Shown here: piece after piece, positions 1 through 10,517 of the stretch
How the letters are laid out: each line of letters opens with the position of its first letter
Numbering within the stretch: the stretch's first letter is position 1
Assembly: GCA_038145175.1 (NCBI GenBank)
Contig: JAYQPE010000006.1
Span: 2,346-66,345, forward strand
DNA length: 64,000 nt
Source of the DNA: Actinomycetes bacterium
GTDB taxonomy: Bacteria > Actinomycetota > Actinomycetes > S36-B12 > UBA5976
Direction of reading: 5' to 3'
Program-made: the position numbers and the translations under genes
The notes under the pieces: generated by a model
Databases searched by the model: none
What the model was told of the DNA's origin: nothing
The model's input: only the letters and a program-made list of their open reading frames with translations

Positions 1-82
1 ATCCCCAGTTTATTTGTCACTAAGAGTTAGTTCATCTATAGGTATTGCATCCTTAAATAACCTCAATTAAAGGAGATAGAAA

Positions 83-511
83 ATGAATGAAATCATGACA
101 GCCGTAGTTGGTAATGCTGTAACTGACGTGTCTTTGAAAACACTTCCATCAGGCAGGCAGGTTGCGACTTTTCGAATAGCAAACAATCCAAGAAAATTTG
201 ATAAATCAGCAAATAATTTTGTTGATTTAGATCCAAACTTTTTACAGGTCAATTGTTGGGCAGCTTTAGCCGAAAATGTCTCAAACAGTATTCAAAAAGG
301 TCAACCTTTGGTCGTGTTTGGAAAACTAAAAATAAAACAAGTAATTGATGGTGATAAAAATTCAACTTTTGTTGAAATCGATGCAATTTCAATTGGTCAT
401 GATTTAGCCAAAGGTGTTGCAGAATTTACCAAGATAAGAAAAAATCCTGAATTTTATGAAAGTGAAAACTGGGCTGAGCCTAAATCAGGAACTCAAAAAA
501 CTGTTGCATGA
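83..511 (+). CDS. ssb: Single-stranded DNA-binding protein, second paralog (SsbB-like)
   Basis: OB-fold SSB motifs (VVGN, VATFRIA, VNCW, KGQPLVVFGKL); AGGAG RBS; no acidic PF tail; upstream of ettA as in other actinobacteria. Confidence 0.85.
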   Translation: MNEIMTAVVGNAVTDVSLKTLPSGRQVATFRIANNPRKFDKSANNFVDLDPNFLQVNCWAALAENVSNSIQKGQPLVVFGKLKIKQVIDGDKNSTFVEIDAISIGHDLAKGVAEFTKIRKNPEFYESENWAEPKSGTQKTVA

Positions 512-533
512 CGGCTTTGAGTAATCTTAAGAT

Positions 534-2204
534 GTGGCCGAATTTATTTACACCTTATCCAAAGCGCGAAAAGCTCATAACGACAAAGTTGTTTTAGACG
601 ATGTAACTTTGGCTTTTTTGCCTGGAGCAAAAATAGGTGTAGTTGGTCCAAATGGTGCAGGAAAATCTTCTCTGCTTCGAATTATGTCTGGTAAAGACGA
701 AGTAAGTAACGGTGAAGCAATGCTTGCACCTGGGGCAACTGTAGGAATCTTAGAACAAGAACCTCAACTAAGTGATAACAAAAATGTATTAGAAAACGTT
801 GAAGAAGCAGTTGCTGACACAAAAGCGAAATTAAATCGATTTAATGAAATTAGTGAACAATTGGCTAATCCTGAAGCTGATTACGACAAATTATTAGCAG
901 AAATGGGAAAACTACAAGAACAACTAGATCATTTAGGTGCATGGGATTTAGATTCACAACTAGAACAAGCAATGGATGCTTTAAGGCTTCCACCAGCAGA
1001 TGCTGATGTAAAAGTTTTATCCGGTGGAGAAAGAAGAAGAGTTGCCTTAGCAAAACTTTTATTGCAACAACCAGATTTATTACTACTTGACGAACCAACT
1101 AACCATCTCGATGCCGAAAGTGTTTTGTGGCTAGAGCAGCATTTAGAAAAATATCCAGGAACAGTTGTTGCAATCACACACGATAGATATTTCTTGGACA
1201 ATGTTGCGCAATGGATCTTGGAACTTGATAGAGGACATACTTACCCATACCAAGGAAACTATTCAACTTATCTTGAAAAAAAACAAGAAAGATTAAAGGT
1301 TGAAGGTTTAAAAGATGCAAAATTAAGAAAAAGACTTGAAGATGAATTGGAATGGGTTAGATCAAGTCCAAAAGCCAGACAAGCTAAATCAAAATCAAGA
1401 TTAGAACGATATGAAGAAATGGCAGCGGAAGCTGATAGAACTAAAAAACTTGATTTTGAAGAAATTCAAATTCCACCTGGCCCAAGGTTGGGCAATCAAG
1501 TTATCGAAGTTACAAATTTAACTAAAGGTTTTGGCGATAAATTATTAATTGATAATTTATCTTTTACACTTCCTCGAAATGGAATTGTGGGAATTATTGG
1601 ACCAAATGGTGTAGGTAAAACCACTTTGTTCAAAATGCTTTTAGGAAATGAAAAACCAGATTCTGGTGAAATAAAAATAGGGGATACTGTAAAAATTTCT
1701 TATGTTGATCAAGGAAGATTAGGAATTGATCCAAAGAAAACTGTTTGGGAAGTTGTAAGTGATGGATTAGATCACATTAAAGTTGGCAACATTGAAATTC
1801 CTTCTAGAGCATATGTATCGACTTTTGGATTTAAAGGACCAGATCAGCAAAAACCTGCAGGAGTGCTATCTGGTGGAGAACGAAACAGATTAAATTTAGC
1901 GCTAACTTTAAAACAAGGTGGAAACGTTTTGCTTCTAGATGAGCCTACAAATGATTTAGATGTTGAAACTTTGGCAAGTTTAGAAAAAGCACTTTTAGAT
2001 TTTCCAGGTTGCGCTGTGGTAATTTCTCACGATCGTATGTTTTTAGACAAAGTTGCCACTCACATGCTTGCTTACGAAGGTGATTCTCAATGGTTCTGGT
2101 TTGAAGGAAACTTCGATTCTTATGAGAAAAATAAAGTTGAGCGACTAGGACCAGAAGCGGCAAGACCTCATAGAACCACTTATAGAAAACTAACTAGAAA
2201 TTAG
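534..2204 (+). CDS. ettA: Energy-dependent translational throttle ABC-F ATPase
   Basis: Two ABC domains (GPNGAGKS, LSGGE, LLDEPTN; GPNGVGKT), no transmembrane segments, typical MAEFIY N-terminus. Confidence 0.95.
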   Translation: MAEFIYTLSKARKAHNDKVVLDDVTLAFLPGAKIGVVGPNGAGKSSLLRIMSGKDEVSNGEAMLAPGATVGILEQEPQLSDNKNVLENVEEAVADTKAKLNRFNEISEQLANPEADYDKLLAEMGKLQEQLDHLGAWDLDSQLEQAMDALRLPPADADVKVLSGGERRRVALAKLLLQQPDLLLLDEPTNHLDAESVLWLEQHLEKYPGTVVAITHDRYFLDNVAQWILELDRGHTYPYQGNYSTYLEKKQERLKVEGLKDAKLRKRLEDELEWVRSSPKARQAKSKSRLERYEEMAAEADRTKKLDFEEIQIPPGPRLGNQVIEVTNLTKGFGDKLLIDNLSFTLPRNGIVGIIGPNGVGKTTLFKMLLGNEKPDSGEIKIGDTVKISYVDQGRLGIDPKKTVWEVVSDGLDHIKVGNIEIPSRAYVSTFGFKGPDQQKPAGVLSGGERNRLNLALTLKQGGNVLLLDEPTNDLDVETLASLEKALLDFPGCAVVISHDRMFLDKVATHMLAYEGDSQWFWFEGNFDSYEKNKVERLGPEAARPHRTTYRKLTRN

Positions 2205-2206
2205 TC

Positions 2207-2851
2207 GTGAAAATAAAATTTAGTCCAGATGAAATATTAAGTTTAAGAAATTTCTTAGAAAAACTGATTTTTTGGGACAAAAGAACTTTTTTAAGAATCC
2301 AAATAAAAGGCAGCAATATTGGTATTTTTGGCTCAACTCCATTTAACTGTTTAGTATTTATAGCACTTCCGTTACAAAAAGAATATGAAGAAACAGATCT
2401 AGTAACTTCTTGTTCTGAAATATTAAATCAATTAAGTGATGAAAAAGTATTAGAAATAAAAATTACGGATTCAAATAAAGTTGCACCTGAACTTGCACTT
2501 TTGCCTCCACAAGGTCCTTGGATGCCAGGCGAAAAAGGTATTGCAGGGGATGTTTTCCCAATGGTAAAGGAAAGATTAAACCGTTTAAAGTCTCAAGTTG
2601 AACCTTTACAAATGTTGCAAAATGACAAAAATAAGGGAACGGTAACTGAAGATGCCTGGAATGAAAATTTATGGGGCGGAATTACTTTTGGTGCATTAAA
2701 TGTTGCAGCAGGACTTGGAATGTTATCTTTTCCAAATTCAAGAATTAATGCAGCAACTTGTCAAGGATGGAAGAGATTTGTCACTCCAAGTGGACAAGTA
2801 TTTATTAGACCTTTAAAAGCTGTAAGAAATTTACTTTCAGTAGTTAAATAA
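2207..2851 (+). CDS. Conserved actinobacterial hypothetical protein (possibly Rv2474c-like)
   Basis: 214-aa ORF tightly coupled to ettA; LLPPQGPW motif; syntenic position between ettA and glbO. Confidence 0.6.
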   Translation: MKIKFSPDEILSLRNFLEKLIFWDKRTFLRIQIKGSNIGIFGSTPFNCLVFIALPLQKEYEETDLVTSCSEILNQLSDEKVLEIKITDSNKVAPELALLPPQGPWMPGEKGIAGDVFPMVKERLNRLKSQVEPLQMLQNDKNKGTVTEDAWNENLWGGITFGALNVAAGLGMLSFPNSRINAATCQGWKRFVTPSGQVFIRPLKAVRNLLSVVK

Positions 2852-3230
2852 CTTCGTCACTTCTTGTATTAACCATAGAATTTGCAGCCATTTGTAAGTA
2901 ATTCCAAATCTTAGTTTCTAACTCTGAACTTAAATTTTGTTTTTTCAAAGCATTTTGCATATGTGTTAGCCATGCATCTCTTGCTTTAAAATCAATTGCA
3001 AAAGGCATATGGCGCATTCTTAATCGAGGATGTCCTCGTTTTTCTGAATAAGTTGTTGGGCCACCCCAATATTGCATTAAAAAAAGAGAAAGTCTTTCAA
3101 TTGCTCCTTCAAAATCGTTTTCGGGATACATTGGTTTAAGAATTGGATCAAATTTAACTCCTTGATAAAAATCATTTACTAAATTTAGAAAAAAAGTTTT
3201 ACCCCCAAATTCTTCAAAGTCAGATGACAT
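2844..3230 (-). CDS. glbO: Group 2 truncated hemoglobin
   Basis: FL.QYWGGP.TYS..RGHPRLRMRH.PF signature. Confidence 0.92.
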   Translation of the reverse strand: MSSDFEEFGGKTFFLNLVNDFYQGVKFDPILKPMYPENDFEGAIERLSLFLMQYWGGPTTYSEKRGHPRLRMRHMPFAIDFKARDAWLTHMQNALKKQNLSSELETKIWNYLQMAANSMVNTRSDEVI

Positions 3231-4735
3231 TATTTTTCTTCGACTATTTTTTTAATATTTTTAATCATTCCCGGGAAGACAAATACGTGAAATGGTGCAA
3301 TTAGCCACCAATAGCTATGTCCAGCTAAACCTTTTGGGTAAAAAATTGCGGTTTGTGTCAATTTACTTTTGTGTTCATCTATTTTTTCAACTTTGAATTC
3401 AAGCCAAGCTTTTCCTGGCATTTTCATTTCAGCTCTAAGTCTTAATAAATTGTTAGGTAATTTTTCTTCTACTCTCCAAAAATCAAGGGTTTCTCCAACG
3501 TTTAAATGATGTGGATCTCTTCTGCCTCTTCTTAAACCAACTCCACCAACAATTCGATCTAGTATTCCTCTGATTTCCCAAGCCCAATCAAATGAAAAAT
3601 ATCCATTGTTACCACCAATGGCTTCTACAACTTGCCAAACTTTCTCAGGTTCTGCGTCTATTTCTTTTATTCGAATATCTTTATATAAAGATCCACCTGA
3701 CCATTCAGGATCACTTGGAAGTGGTTCACTTGGAATTCCAGGAATTGACGCACTAGACCAACGAGTTGAAACTTGTGCATCCCTAACTCGCATTAAAGCC
3801 AAATCAACTGCTTTATCAAAATTTGTTAATCCTTCTTTTGGATCCGGTAAATATTTTTTTATTTCTGAATCATGGCAAATAACTTCATTGATGAGACTTC
3901 TGACGAGAGGTCTTGCAATTGATCCAGGAACAGGAGTTACAAATCCCACCCAAAGACTTGAAAGTCGTGGAGTAAGTAATGGAACGGGGATAATTATTCT
4001 TTTTCTTAAATCTGCAACTTTGGCATATCGATTCATCATGTCTTTGTAAGTGAGAATGTCTGGTCCACCTATATCGAATGCTTGATTTAAGTTCTCGCTG
4101 ATTCCAGCACTTCCTACTAAGTAATAAAGGACATCTCTAACAGCGATGGGTTGGATTTTGGTTTTAACCCATTTAGGAGTAACCATTATTGGAAGTCTTT
4201 CCGTTAAGTATCTGAGCATTTCAAAGGAAGCAGATCCAGAACCAATTACGACTCCAGCTCTAAGTTCAATAGTTGGCACACCCGAATTTCTTAATATTTC
4301 TCCAGTTATTTTTCTTGACTCAAGATGTTGAGAAAGTTTTTGAGAAGGAATTAATCCTCCTAGATAAATAATTCTTTGGACATTATTTGACTTTGCAGCA
4401 TCTGCAAAAATTTGTGCCATTTTTGTTTCTATGTCAACAAATTCATTACCTTTATTTAAAGCGTGCAAAAGATAGTAAGCAACATCTACATCTTTCATAG
4501 CTTTTGCTACATCGTTAGGATTTAATGCATCACCTGAAACTATTTCAACTTTGGAATACCAAGGTAAATCTCTCAATCGATCAGGAAATCTGGCAAAAAC
4601 TTTTACGTGATAACCAACATTTAAAAGTTCGCGAATTAATCTGCCACCGATGTAGCCAGTAGAACCTGTAACTAAACAAGTAGCATTTTCACCATTTGGT
4701 TTTTTTCTGATTTTTACAGACATTAAATCAACCAT
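3230..4735 (-). CDS. NAD(P)-binding SDR/epimerase with C-terminal DUF2867 (YbjT-like)
   Basis: TGSTGYIGG Rossmann motif; GSGSASFEM; C-terminal LDFWRVE...LRAEMKMPGKAWL. Confidence 0.85.
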   Translation of the reverse strand: MVDLMSVKIRKKPNGENATCLVTGSTGYIGGRLIRELLNVGYHVKVFARFPDRLRDLPWYSKVEIVSGDALNPNDVAKAMKDVDVAYYLLHALNKGNEFVDIETKMAQIFADAAKSNNVQRIIYLGGLIPSQKLSQHLESRKITGEILRNSGVPTIELRAGVVIGSGSASFEMLRYLTERLPIMVTPKWVKTKIQPIAVRDVLYYLVGSAGISENLNQAFDIGGPDILTYKDMMNRYAKVADLRKRIIIPVPLLTPRLSSLWVGFVTPVPGSIARPLVRSLINEVICHDSEIKKYLPDPKEGLTNFDKAVDLALMRVRDAQVSTRWSSASIPGIPSEPLPSDPEWSGGSLYKDIRIKEIDAEPEKVWQVVEAIGGNNGYFSFDWAWEIRGILDRIVGGVGLRRGRRDPHHLNVGETLDFWRVEEKLPNNLLRLRAEMKMPGKAWLEFKVEKIDEHKSKLTQTAIFYPKGLAGHSYWWLIAPFHVFVFPGMIKNIKKIVEEK

Positions 4736-4786
4736 GTATGTAATTTTGCCTTGTTATTTTGAATTTGGCTATTTGACAGTTTCTTT

Positions 4787-5719
4787 TTATCTTTGAGTTG
4801 GATTATTTGGATTTACAGTAGTTGGAAACGGCCTTGCCAGCACAGGAACTCGAACATTTTCACGATCAAAAGCCACTTTAAGTTTTTCTCTTATTTCTCT
4901 GGCGCTTTGCATTGGCTTATCAGGGGCAGTTTTTGCAGTTATTCTGACAAAGACTGCATCTCCTGAAACTTGTTCTACTCCAGCGTATTGAGGTGCGTCT
5001 AATAACATTCCTGAAAATGCTGGATCATCCAACATTTCTTTTCCGACTCTTTCAATTATTACTCTTATTTTTTCTAAATCTTCATCGTATGCAATAGGAA
5101 CATCAACGACAGCTACAGTCCAACCTTGACTTCTATTCGCAACTCGTAAAATTTCTCCATTTCTTACATACCAAACCACGCCACTCATATCTCTTAATCG
5201 AGTAACTCTTAAATCGACTTCTTCAACTGTTCCAATTGCCGGACCTAAATCGACTACGTCACCAACGCCGTATTGATCTTCTAAAATAATAAATATTCCT
5301 GCAAGAAAATCTTTAATTAAAGTTTGAGCTCCAAAACCTAAGGCAACACCTGCAACTCCAGCACTTGCTAGAAGTGGTGCAACATTAATTCCTAAAACAC
5401 TTAAATCGCTCATAATTGCAACAGTCCAAATCACAATAGTTGCAGTGCTACTAAATAATTGACCAATGGCTTTCACTCTTTGCACGGTACGTTGTTGCAT
5501 AACCATTGCAGATAATTCAGCAGTATTGTCAGCAACTTTTTTATAGGCAGGAGCTTTATCTTTGGCTCTCTTTATGGCACTTTTGACAAATCTTGAAATT
5601 GCAATTCTGACAATCGCATTTAAAACTAATGCGAAAAGTAGAATAAATAAAACTTGGATAGGAACACTAGACAAATAGTCAGTAATTATTTCCAGCACAG
5701 AATTTTGAAAATTTAGCAT
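4787..5719 (-). CDS. mscS: Small-conductance mechanosensitive channel (MscS family)
   Basis: LLASAGVAGVALGFGAQ..IKDFLAG pore helix; GDVV..G.VEEV.LR.TRLR. Confidence 0.9.
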   Translation of the reverse strand: MLNFQNSVLEIITDYLSSVPIQVLFILLFALVLNAIVRIAISRFVKSAIKRAKDKAPAYKKVADNTAELSAMVMQQRTVQRVKAIGQLFSSTATIVIWTVAIMSDLSVLGINVAPLLASAGVAGVALGFGAQTLIKDFLAGIFIILEDQYGVGDVVDLGPAIGTVEEVDLRVTRLRDMSGVVWYVRNGEILRVANRSQGWTVAVVDVPIAYDEDLEKIRVIIERVGKEMLDDPAFSGMLLDAPQYAGVEQVSGDAVFVRITAKTAPDKPMQSAREIREKLKVAFDRENVRVPVLARPFPTTVNPNNPTQR

Positions 5720-5782
5720 GTTACCAAGATTACTCTTAGTCTCGATTGTCTATAAATAAGAGTTCGCAGTAAAGTAATAAAT

Positions 5783-6148
5783 ATGAGAGATTTACGAAGA
5801 ATTGTTCAAGTTATCACACTTACATTTTTTCAAACATTGTTTTTTTTCGAACCTGCATTTGCAGTCTTTCGAGATGATGGTGATGAACCAGGAAATCCAA
5901 TTTCAGGTTTTGCATCGATAGTTATTTTTGTGGGAGGACCTTTATTGATCATTGGAATAGTAACTGTGGCAATCCTTGCTCCACAATGGACCAGAAAAGC
6001 AAAATTAGAATCTGGTTTTGTCTCACATCATGAAAAATGGTGGCTTAATGGACCTGGAGAAGAAGCGCACGATTTTGATTTTGTTGAAATTGACGAAAAT
6101 TTAGGAAAGTTAGTTCCCAAAGTAGGTGGCGTAAGTGCGAAGTGGTGA
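5783..6148 (+). CDS. Small membrane protein, CtaJ-like respiratory supercomplex accessory subunit
   Basis: Signal-like N-terminus, RDDGDEPG, one TM helix, C-terminal GGVSAKW; overlaps the DUF5130-like gene next to pepN as in mycobacteria. Confidence 0.55.
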   Translation: MRDLRRIVQVITLTFFQTLFFFEPAFAVFRDDGDEPGNPISGFASIVIFVGGPLLIIGIVTVAILAPQWTRKAKLESGFVSHHEKWWLNGPGEEAHDFDFVEIDENLGKLVPKVGGVSAKW

Positions 6149-6515
6149 TTTTTTTACTCAAGATGAACAAAATCAGATTGCAAAATCAATTGCAGTAGCT
6201 GAAGAATCTAGTGAATTAAATTTTAGTCTTTACGTTGGAGAATTAGAAGAAGCAAGAAAAGAAGCGATTAAACTCCACTCTTTACTTGAAAATAATTCGC
6301 ATACTGTTTTAGTTTGTGTTGATTTACAAAATCATGGAATTGAAATTGTGACAGGTAACTTTGCGTCAACATTGGTTGATGATCAAGCTTGTAAACTTGC
6401 GGCGGTTTCAATGGCGAATGCTTTTGCAAATATTGATTTTGTCGGTGGACTTATTCAAGGATTTGCAATACTTGGTTCACATGCATATAAACCAAAATCT
6501 TTAACAGATTTTTAA
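6135..6515 (+). CDS. DUF5130/TPM-domain protein (CtaI-like)
   Basis: FSLYVGEL, VLV.VD, IEIVTG motifs; synteny with pepN. Confidence 0.7.
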   Translation: MRSGDFFTQDEQNQIAKSIAVAEESSELNFSLYVGELEEARKEAIKLHSLLENNSHTVLVCVDLQNHGIEIVTGNFASTLVDDQACKLAAVSMANAFANIDFVGGLIQGFAILGSHAYKPKSLTDF

Positions 6516-9073
6516 TTCAAGCTGTCAGCTTTTTGGGCTTTTAGCGCTCTTGCTAAAGAATCACGTTGTTCAACGACTATTCTTCTTGCCCCAACTGCTA
6601 AATCTTTATTCTTTTCTAAGAAATAATCACATTTAGTTATTACTTCATTATTTATATTGGTGCTGGGAAATAAGCCAGATACTAATGATTGCCCAATTTC
6701 ATGAGTTCGAGCATTCCAAAGGGATGCAACTGATTCGAAGTACTTATCTACAAAGTTTTTAAGCACTTCTTCATGATCCATATATGAAATTCCGGCAAGT
6801 ATTGAATGAAGTTCAGAGTTAGTTAAATTTTCATTATTTATAACTTGATCCCAAGCTTTTTGTTTTGCTTCAAGACTTGGCATGGCAGCTCTGGCACCAG
6901 CTGCGTGCTCACGACCCATAACTGTGTCATCTCTTTTTAGTTCTTCTTCAATTTCTTTTTCACCGCGTTTTCCAACGACAACTAATCTTCTTAGCAACGC
7001 CCATCGAAGATCAGTATCAACAACTAAACCTTCAATTTTTTCAATTCCATCAAGAATATTCATAACTTTGGTAATTTGTTCATCCGTTGTTGCCACAGCA
7101 CTAAATGTTCTGATTAATGCAAGTTGTCTATCAGAACCAGGTTTTGCCTCTTTTATTAATCTCTCTAAACCTTGCGCAAGTTTTATGTTGTAATTTCTTC
7201 TGTTTTTTCTATCTGCAAATACATCAATTGCACTTCGACATTGCATTAATACCTGTTGAACAAGTCCAATATCGGATTCTTTTTCAATTCCTGCAAGTAC
7301 TAGATCTAAATATTTTCCAGTTCCAACTTCAGCATCTCGCACCATGTCCCACACAGCACCCCAAATCAGAGCTCTCGATAAAGAAGATGCGATTGTGGCA
7401 ATTTCTTTTGTCGCAGTGTTCAATGAATGTGAATCTAATCTAATTTTTGCGTAGGTTAAATCATCATCGTTAATAAGTAATAAAGATGGACGCTTACTTC
7501 CCACTAATTCTTTAACTTCTGTGTGACTTCCAACAACATCGACTTCGATTCTGTTTATTCGCACTAATTTTTCTTTTTGTTTTTCATAAACCCCCAAAGC
7601 AAGTCGGTGTGGTCTTAAAACCGGTTCTAATCCAGGAGGTGAACTTGGAGGTTCTTGTTTAATAGTCAATTTAGTTATTACATCCTTGGAATCAACTTCA
7701 ATTTCAGGTCGAAGTAAAGTTGCGCCAGAAGACTCAAGCCAAATCTTTGACCAACTATCTAGTTCTCTACCTGAAGAAACTGAGAGTTCAGTTAATAAGT
7801 CTTTTAATTCAGTATTTTTCCAAGCATGTTTGTCAAAGTAATTTTTTAAACCTTTTAAGAAATTTTCTTCTCCTACCCATGCAACTAACTGCCTTAAAGC
7901 AGATGCACCTTTGGCATAAGTAATGCCATCAAAATTTTCGTAAACAGAATCTAGATCTGGCATATTTGCAGCAATTGGATGAGTTGAAGGTAATTGATCT
8001 TGTCGATAGGCCCAGGCTTTTCTTTGTACATGAAATAAAGTCCAAGCTTCGTTATATTGCGTAGCACCTGTGCTAGCCCAATGTGCGGCCCATTCAGCGA
8101 AAGATTCGTTAAGCCATAAATCATTCCACCATTTCATGGTCACTAAATCGCCAAACCACATATGAGCAAGTTCATGCAAAATAGTGTTTGCTCGCGATTC
8201 ATATGCAGTTCTAGTAGTACGAGATCTAAAAATATATTCGTCTCTGAAAGTTACGCATCCAACATTTTCCATTGCACCAGCATTAAATTCTGGAACAAAA
8301 ACTTGATCATATTTTTTAAATGGATAGCCAATTTGAAATTTGTCTTCAAACCATTTGAAACCTTGTTTGGTCACTTCAAAGATTTCTTCATGGTCTAGGT
8401 ACTGAGAAAGTGATGGTCTGACATAAATAGCAAGTGGGTAGGTTCCATATTTGCCCGTGTAAGAATCTGTTTTTCTTGCATAAGGTCCTGCACAAATTGC
8501 ATAAAGATAAGAAGACATTTTCGGTGTTTGATCAAATGTCCAAATGGAAAAATTTTCTTCAATATTTTTTGGTAATGGAGTTGCAGAATTGCTTATTACT
8601 GTCCATTTACTTGGTGCTTTAACAGTTAAATTCAAAACACCTTTTATATCTGGTTGTTCAAATACCGGAAAGACTCTTCTGCAATCGGGAACTTCAAATT
8701 GAGTGTAAATATAGACTTCATTATCAACCGGATCTATGTGTCTATGTAATCCTTCACCAGTATTCATATAAGAACATTGAGCTTTTATTTTTAATTGGTT
8801 TTCTTTTTTTAGATTTTTTAATTGAATCCGTGAACCATCAAAAACATTTTTTACATCTAATTCTTCGCCGTTTAACCAAATTGACTCAACTAATGGAGAT
8901 ACCAAATCAATCCAAGTTGAAGAATTGTCTATTGAATTGAAATCTATGGAAGCAAAGCAAGAAAACGTATCACCTTTACCATCGAGTTCAAGACTTACTC
9001 GATAAACGGGATCACTAACTAATCCTGCTCGCTGGATGGCTTCATTACGGGTGATGTTTAAATTTTTGCCCAA
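6512..9073 (-). CDS. pepN: Aminopeptidase N (M1 family)
   Basis: GAMEN and HELAH..E motifs; start moved to TTG at 9073 (GAGG RBS; N-terminus matches N.TR.EA of homologues). Confidence 0.95.
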   Translation of the reverse strand: MGKNLNITRNEAIQRAGLVSDPVYRVSLELDGKGDTFSCFASIDFNSIDNSSTWIDLVSPLVESIWLNGEELDVKNVFDGSRIQLKNLKKENQLKIKAQCSYMNTGEGLHRHIDPVDNEVYIYTQFEVPDCRRVFPVFEQPDIKGVLNLTVKAPSKWTVISNSATPLPKNIEENFSIWTFDQTPKMSSYLYAICAGPYARKTDSYTGKYGTYPLAIYVRPSLSQYLDHEEIFEVTKQGFKWFEDKFQIGYPFKKYDQVFVPEFNAGAMENVGCVTFRDEYIFRSRTTRTAYESRANTILHELAHMWFGDLVTMKWWNDLWLNESFAEWAAHWASTGATQYNEAWTLFHVQRKAWAYRQDQLPSTHPIAANMPDLDSVYENFDGITYAKGASALRQLVAWVGEENFLKGLKNYFDKHAWKNTELKDLLTELSVSSGRELDSWSKIWLESSGATLLRPEIEVDSKDVITKLTIKQEPPSSPPGLEPVLRPHRLALGVYEKQKEKLVRINRIEVDVVGSHTEVKELVGSKRPSLLLINDDDLTYAKIRLDSHSLNTATKEIATIASSLSRALIWGAVWDMVRDAEVGTGKYLDLVLAGIEKESDIGLVQQVLMQCRSAIDVFADRKNRRNYNIKLAQGLERLIKEAKPGSDRQLALIRTFSAVATTDEQITKVMNILDGIEKIEGLVVDTDLRWALLRRLVVVGKRGEKEIEEELKRDDTVMGREHAAGARAAMPSLEAKQKAWDQVINNENLTNSELHSILAGISYMDHEEVLKNFVDKYFESVASLWNARTHEIGQSLVSGLFPSTNINNEVITKCDYFLEKNKDLAVGARRIVVEQRDSLARALKAQKADSLN

Positions 9074-9179
9074 TTTAACCTCTATGAATAAAGTATGTAT
9101 AGCAATCTTGGCACGAGCCTTCAAGACTTGGCATAGGCTGGTGTAAAGATTTACCAAAACTTATTTTAAGGATTGAAAT

Positions 9180-9782
9180 ATGACGACAAATGCAAAATTT
9201 TGGTTTGATCCATCTTGTCCTTGGGCTTGGATGACCTCACGTTGGGTTTTGAATGTTGCAGCACAAAAACCAATTAACGTTGAATGGAAAATATTTAGTT
9301 TGGGAGTTTTAAATGAAGGTAGAGATTTAAAACCTGACTATCGAGAAAGAATTAACAAGACTTGGGGACCAGTCAGAGTGCTGGCAGCAGCGAAAAGACA
9401 AAAAGGCGCAGAAGTTTTACTTCCTCTTTATACAGCAATTGGAACTTTGTTTCACCCTGGTGCAAAACCAGTTGCCAAAGAAACAGTTTTAGAAGCTTTA
9501 AAAAATATAAATTTGGATGAATCATTAATCGAGGCATATGACAATCCAGATTTTGATCAAGATTTAAGAGATTCAACTAAGGAAGCTTTAGATCTTGTGG
9601 GAAGTGATGTTGGAACACCAGTAATTTCTGTAGAAGGCGTGGCGTTTTTTGGACCGGTAATAACTCCTGCACCAAAAGGTGAAGATGCTGTGAAACTTTG
9701 GGATGCAGTAGTTGCAGCTGCAAGTGTGCCGGGCTTTTTTGAATTAAAAAGAACTAGAACCGCAAGACCAATCTTTGATTAA
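9180..9782 (+). CDS. DsbA-family thioredoxin-fold protein (Rv2466c-like)
   Basis: FWFDPSCPWAWMTSRW, VGTPVI, AFFGPV; divergent from pepN. Confidence 0.85.
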   Translation: MTTNAKFWFDPSCPWAWMTSRWVLNVAAQKPINVEWKIFSLGVLNEGRDLKPDYRERINKTWGPVRVLAAAKRQKGAEVLLPLYTAIGTLFHPGAKPVAKETVLEALKNINLDESLIEAYDNPDFDQDLRDSTKEALDLVGSDVGTPVISVEGVAFFGPVITPAPKGEDAVKLWDAVVAAASVPGFFELKRTRTARPIFD

Positions 9783-9783
9783 C

Positions 9784-10248
9784 ATGAAAATTCATTTAGG
9801 TTGCGACCATGCTGGTTTTGAAGTCAAAGAAAAACTAGTTAAATATTTAAAAGAAAAGAATCATGAAGTAGTAGATCATGGGGCACACGTATATGACGCG
9901 TTGGATGATTATCCAATTTTTTGTTTTCTAGCCGCAGAACATACTGCTAAAGATAATTCATCTTTAGGAATTGTCTTAGGTGGATCTGGTAATGGAGAAC
10001 AAATTGCTGCAAACAAAATTAAAGGAGTTCGTGCAGCACTAGCTTGGAGCGAGGAAACAGCAAAACTTGCTCGCGAGCATAACAATGCAAATGTAATTGG
10101 CATAGGTGCCAGAATGCATTCCTTTGAAGAGGTAACAAAAATTGTTGACTCATTTATTAACACTAAATTTTCAAATGATGAACGTCATGTAAGAAGAATT
10201 AACCAGTTATCCAAGATGGAAAATACTGGGAAGTTACCTAACCAATAA
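9784..10248 (+). CDS. rpiB: Ribose-5-phosphate isomerase B
   Basis: DHAG, DDYP, GGSGNGE, AREHNNAN, RH.RR motifs; ATG at 9784 preferred. Confidence 0.93.
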   Translation: MKIHLGCDHAGFEVKEKLVKYLKEKNHEVVDHGAHVYDALDDYPIFCFLAAEHTAKDNSSLGIVLGGSGNGEQIAANKIKGVRAALAWSEETAKLAREHNNANVIGIGARMHSFEEVTKIVDSFINTKFSNDERHVRRINQLSKMENTGKLPNQ

Positions 10249-10252
10249 AAGT

Positions 10253-10327
10253 TGGAGCGGGTGACGGGAATCGAACCCGCATATCCAGCTTGGAAGGCTG
10301 GAACTCTAGCCATTGAGCTACACCCGC
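10253..10327 (-). tRNA. tRNA-Gly (TCC)
   Basis: Reverse complement GCGGGTG...CCAGC-CTTCCAA-GCTGG...GGTTCGATTCC...CACCCGC-TCCA; CCA encoded. Confidence 0.97.
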
Positions 10328-10418
10328 AAATATTTGTAAGTTCATCTTAGGTTTTCACTAATTCTGAACCTGATGGCAGACTCAATTATTGTTAACAACT
10401 ACGATTGAAAAGCGCTCG

Positions 10419-10491
10419 CGGGGCGTAGCGTAGTGGCTAGCGCGCCTGCTTTGGGAGCAGGAGATCGGGAGTTCGAATCTCCCCGCCCCGA
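10419..10491 (+). tRNA. tRNA-Pro (TGG)
   Basis: CGGGGCG acceptor stem, CCTGC-TTTGGGA-GCAGG anticodon arm, GTTCGAATC T-loop; CCA not encoded. Confidence 0.97.
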
Positions 10492-10517
10492 CACAAACCA
10501 AATCAAGGAGATTAATT

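Noticed and set aside
15-43. PafBC/RecA-NDp-type promoter upstream of ssb (TGTCAC)
   Set aside because: No TAnnnT at the required spacing
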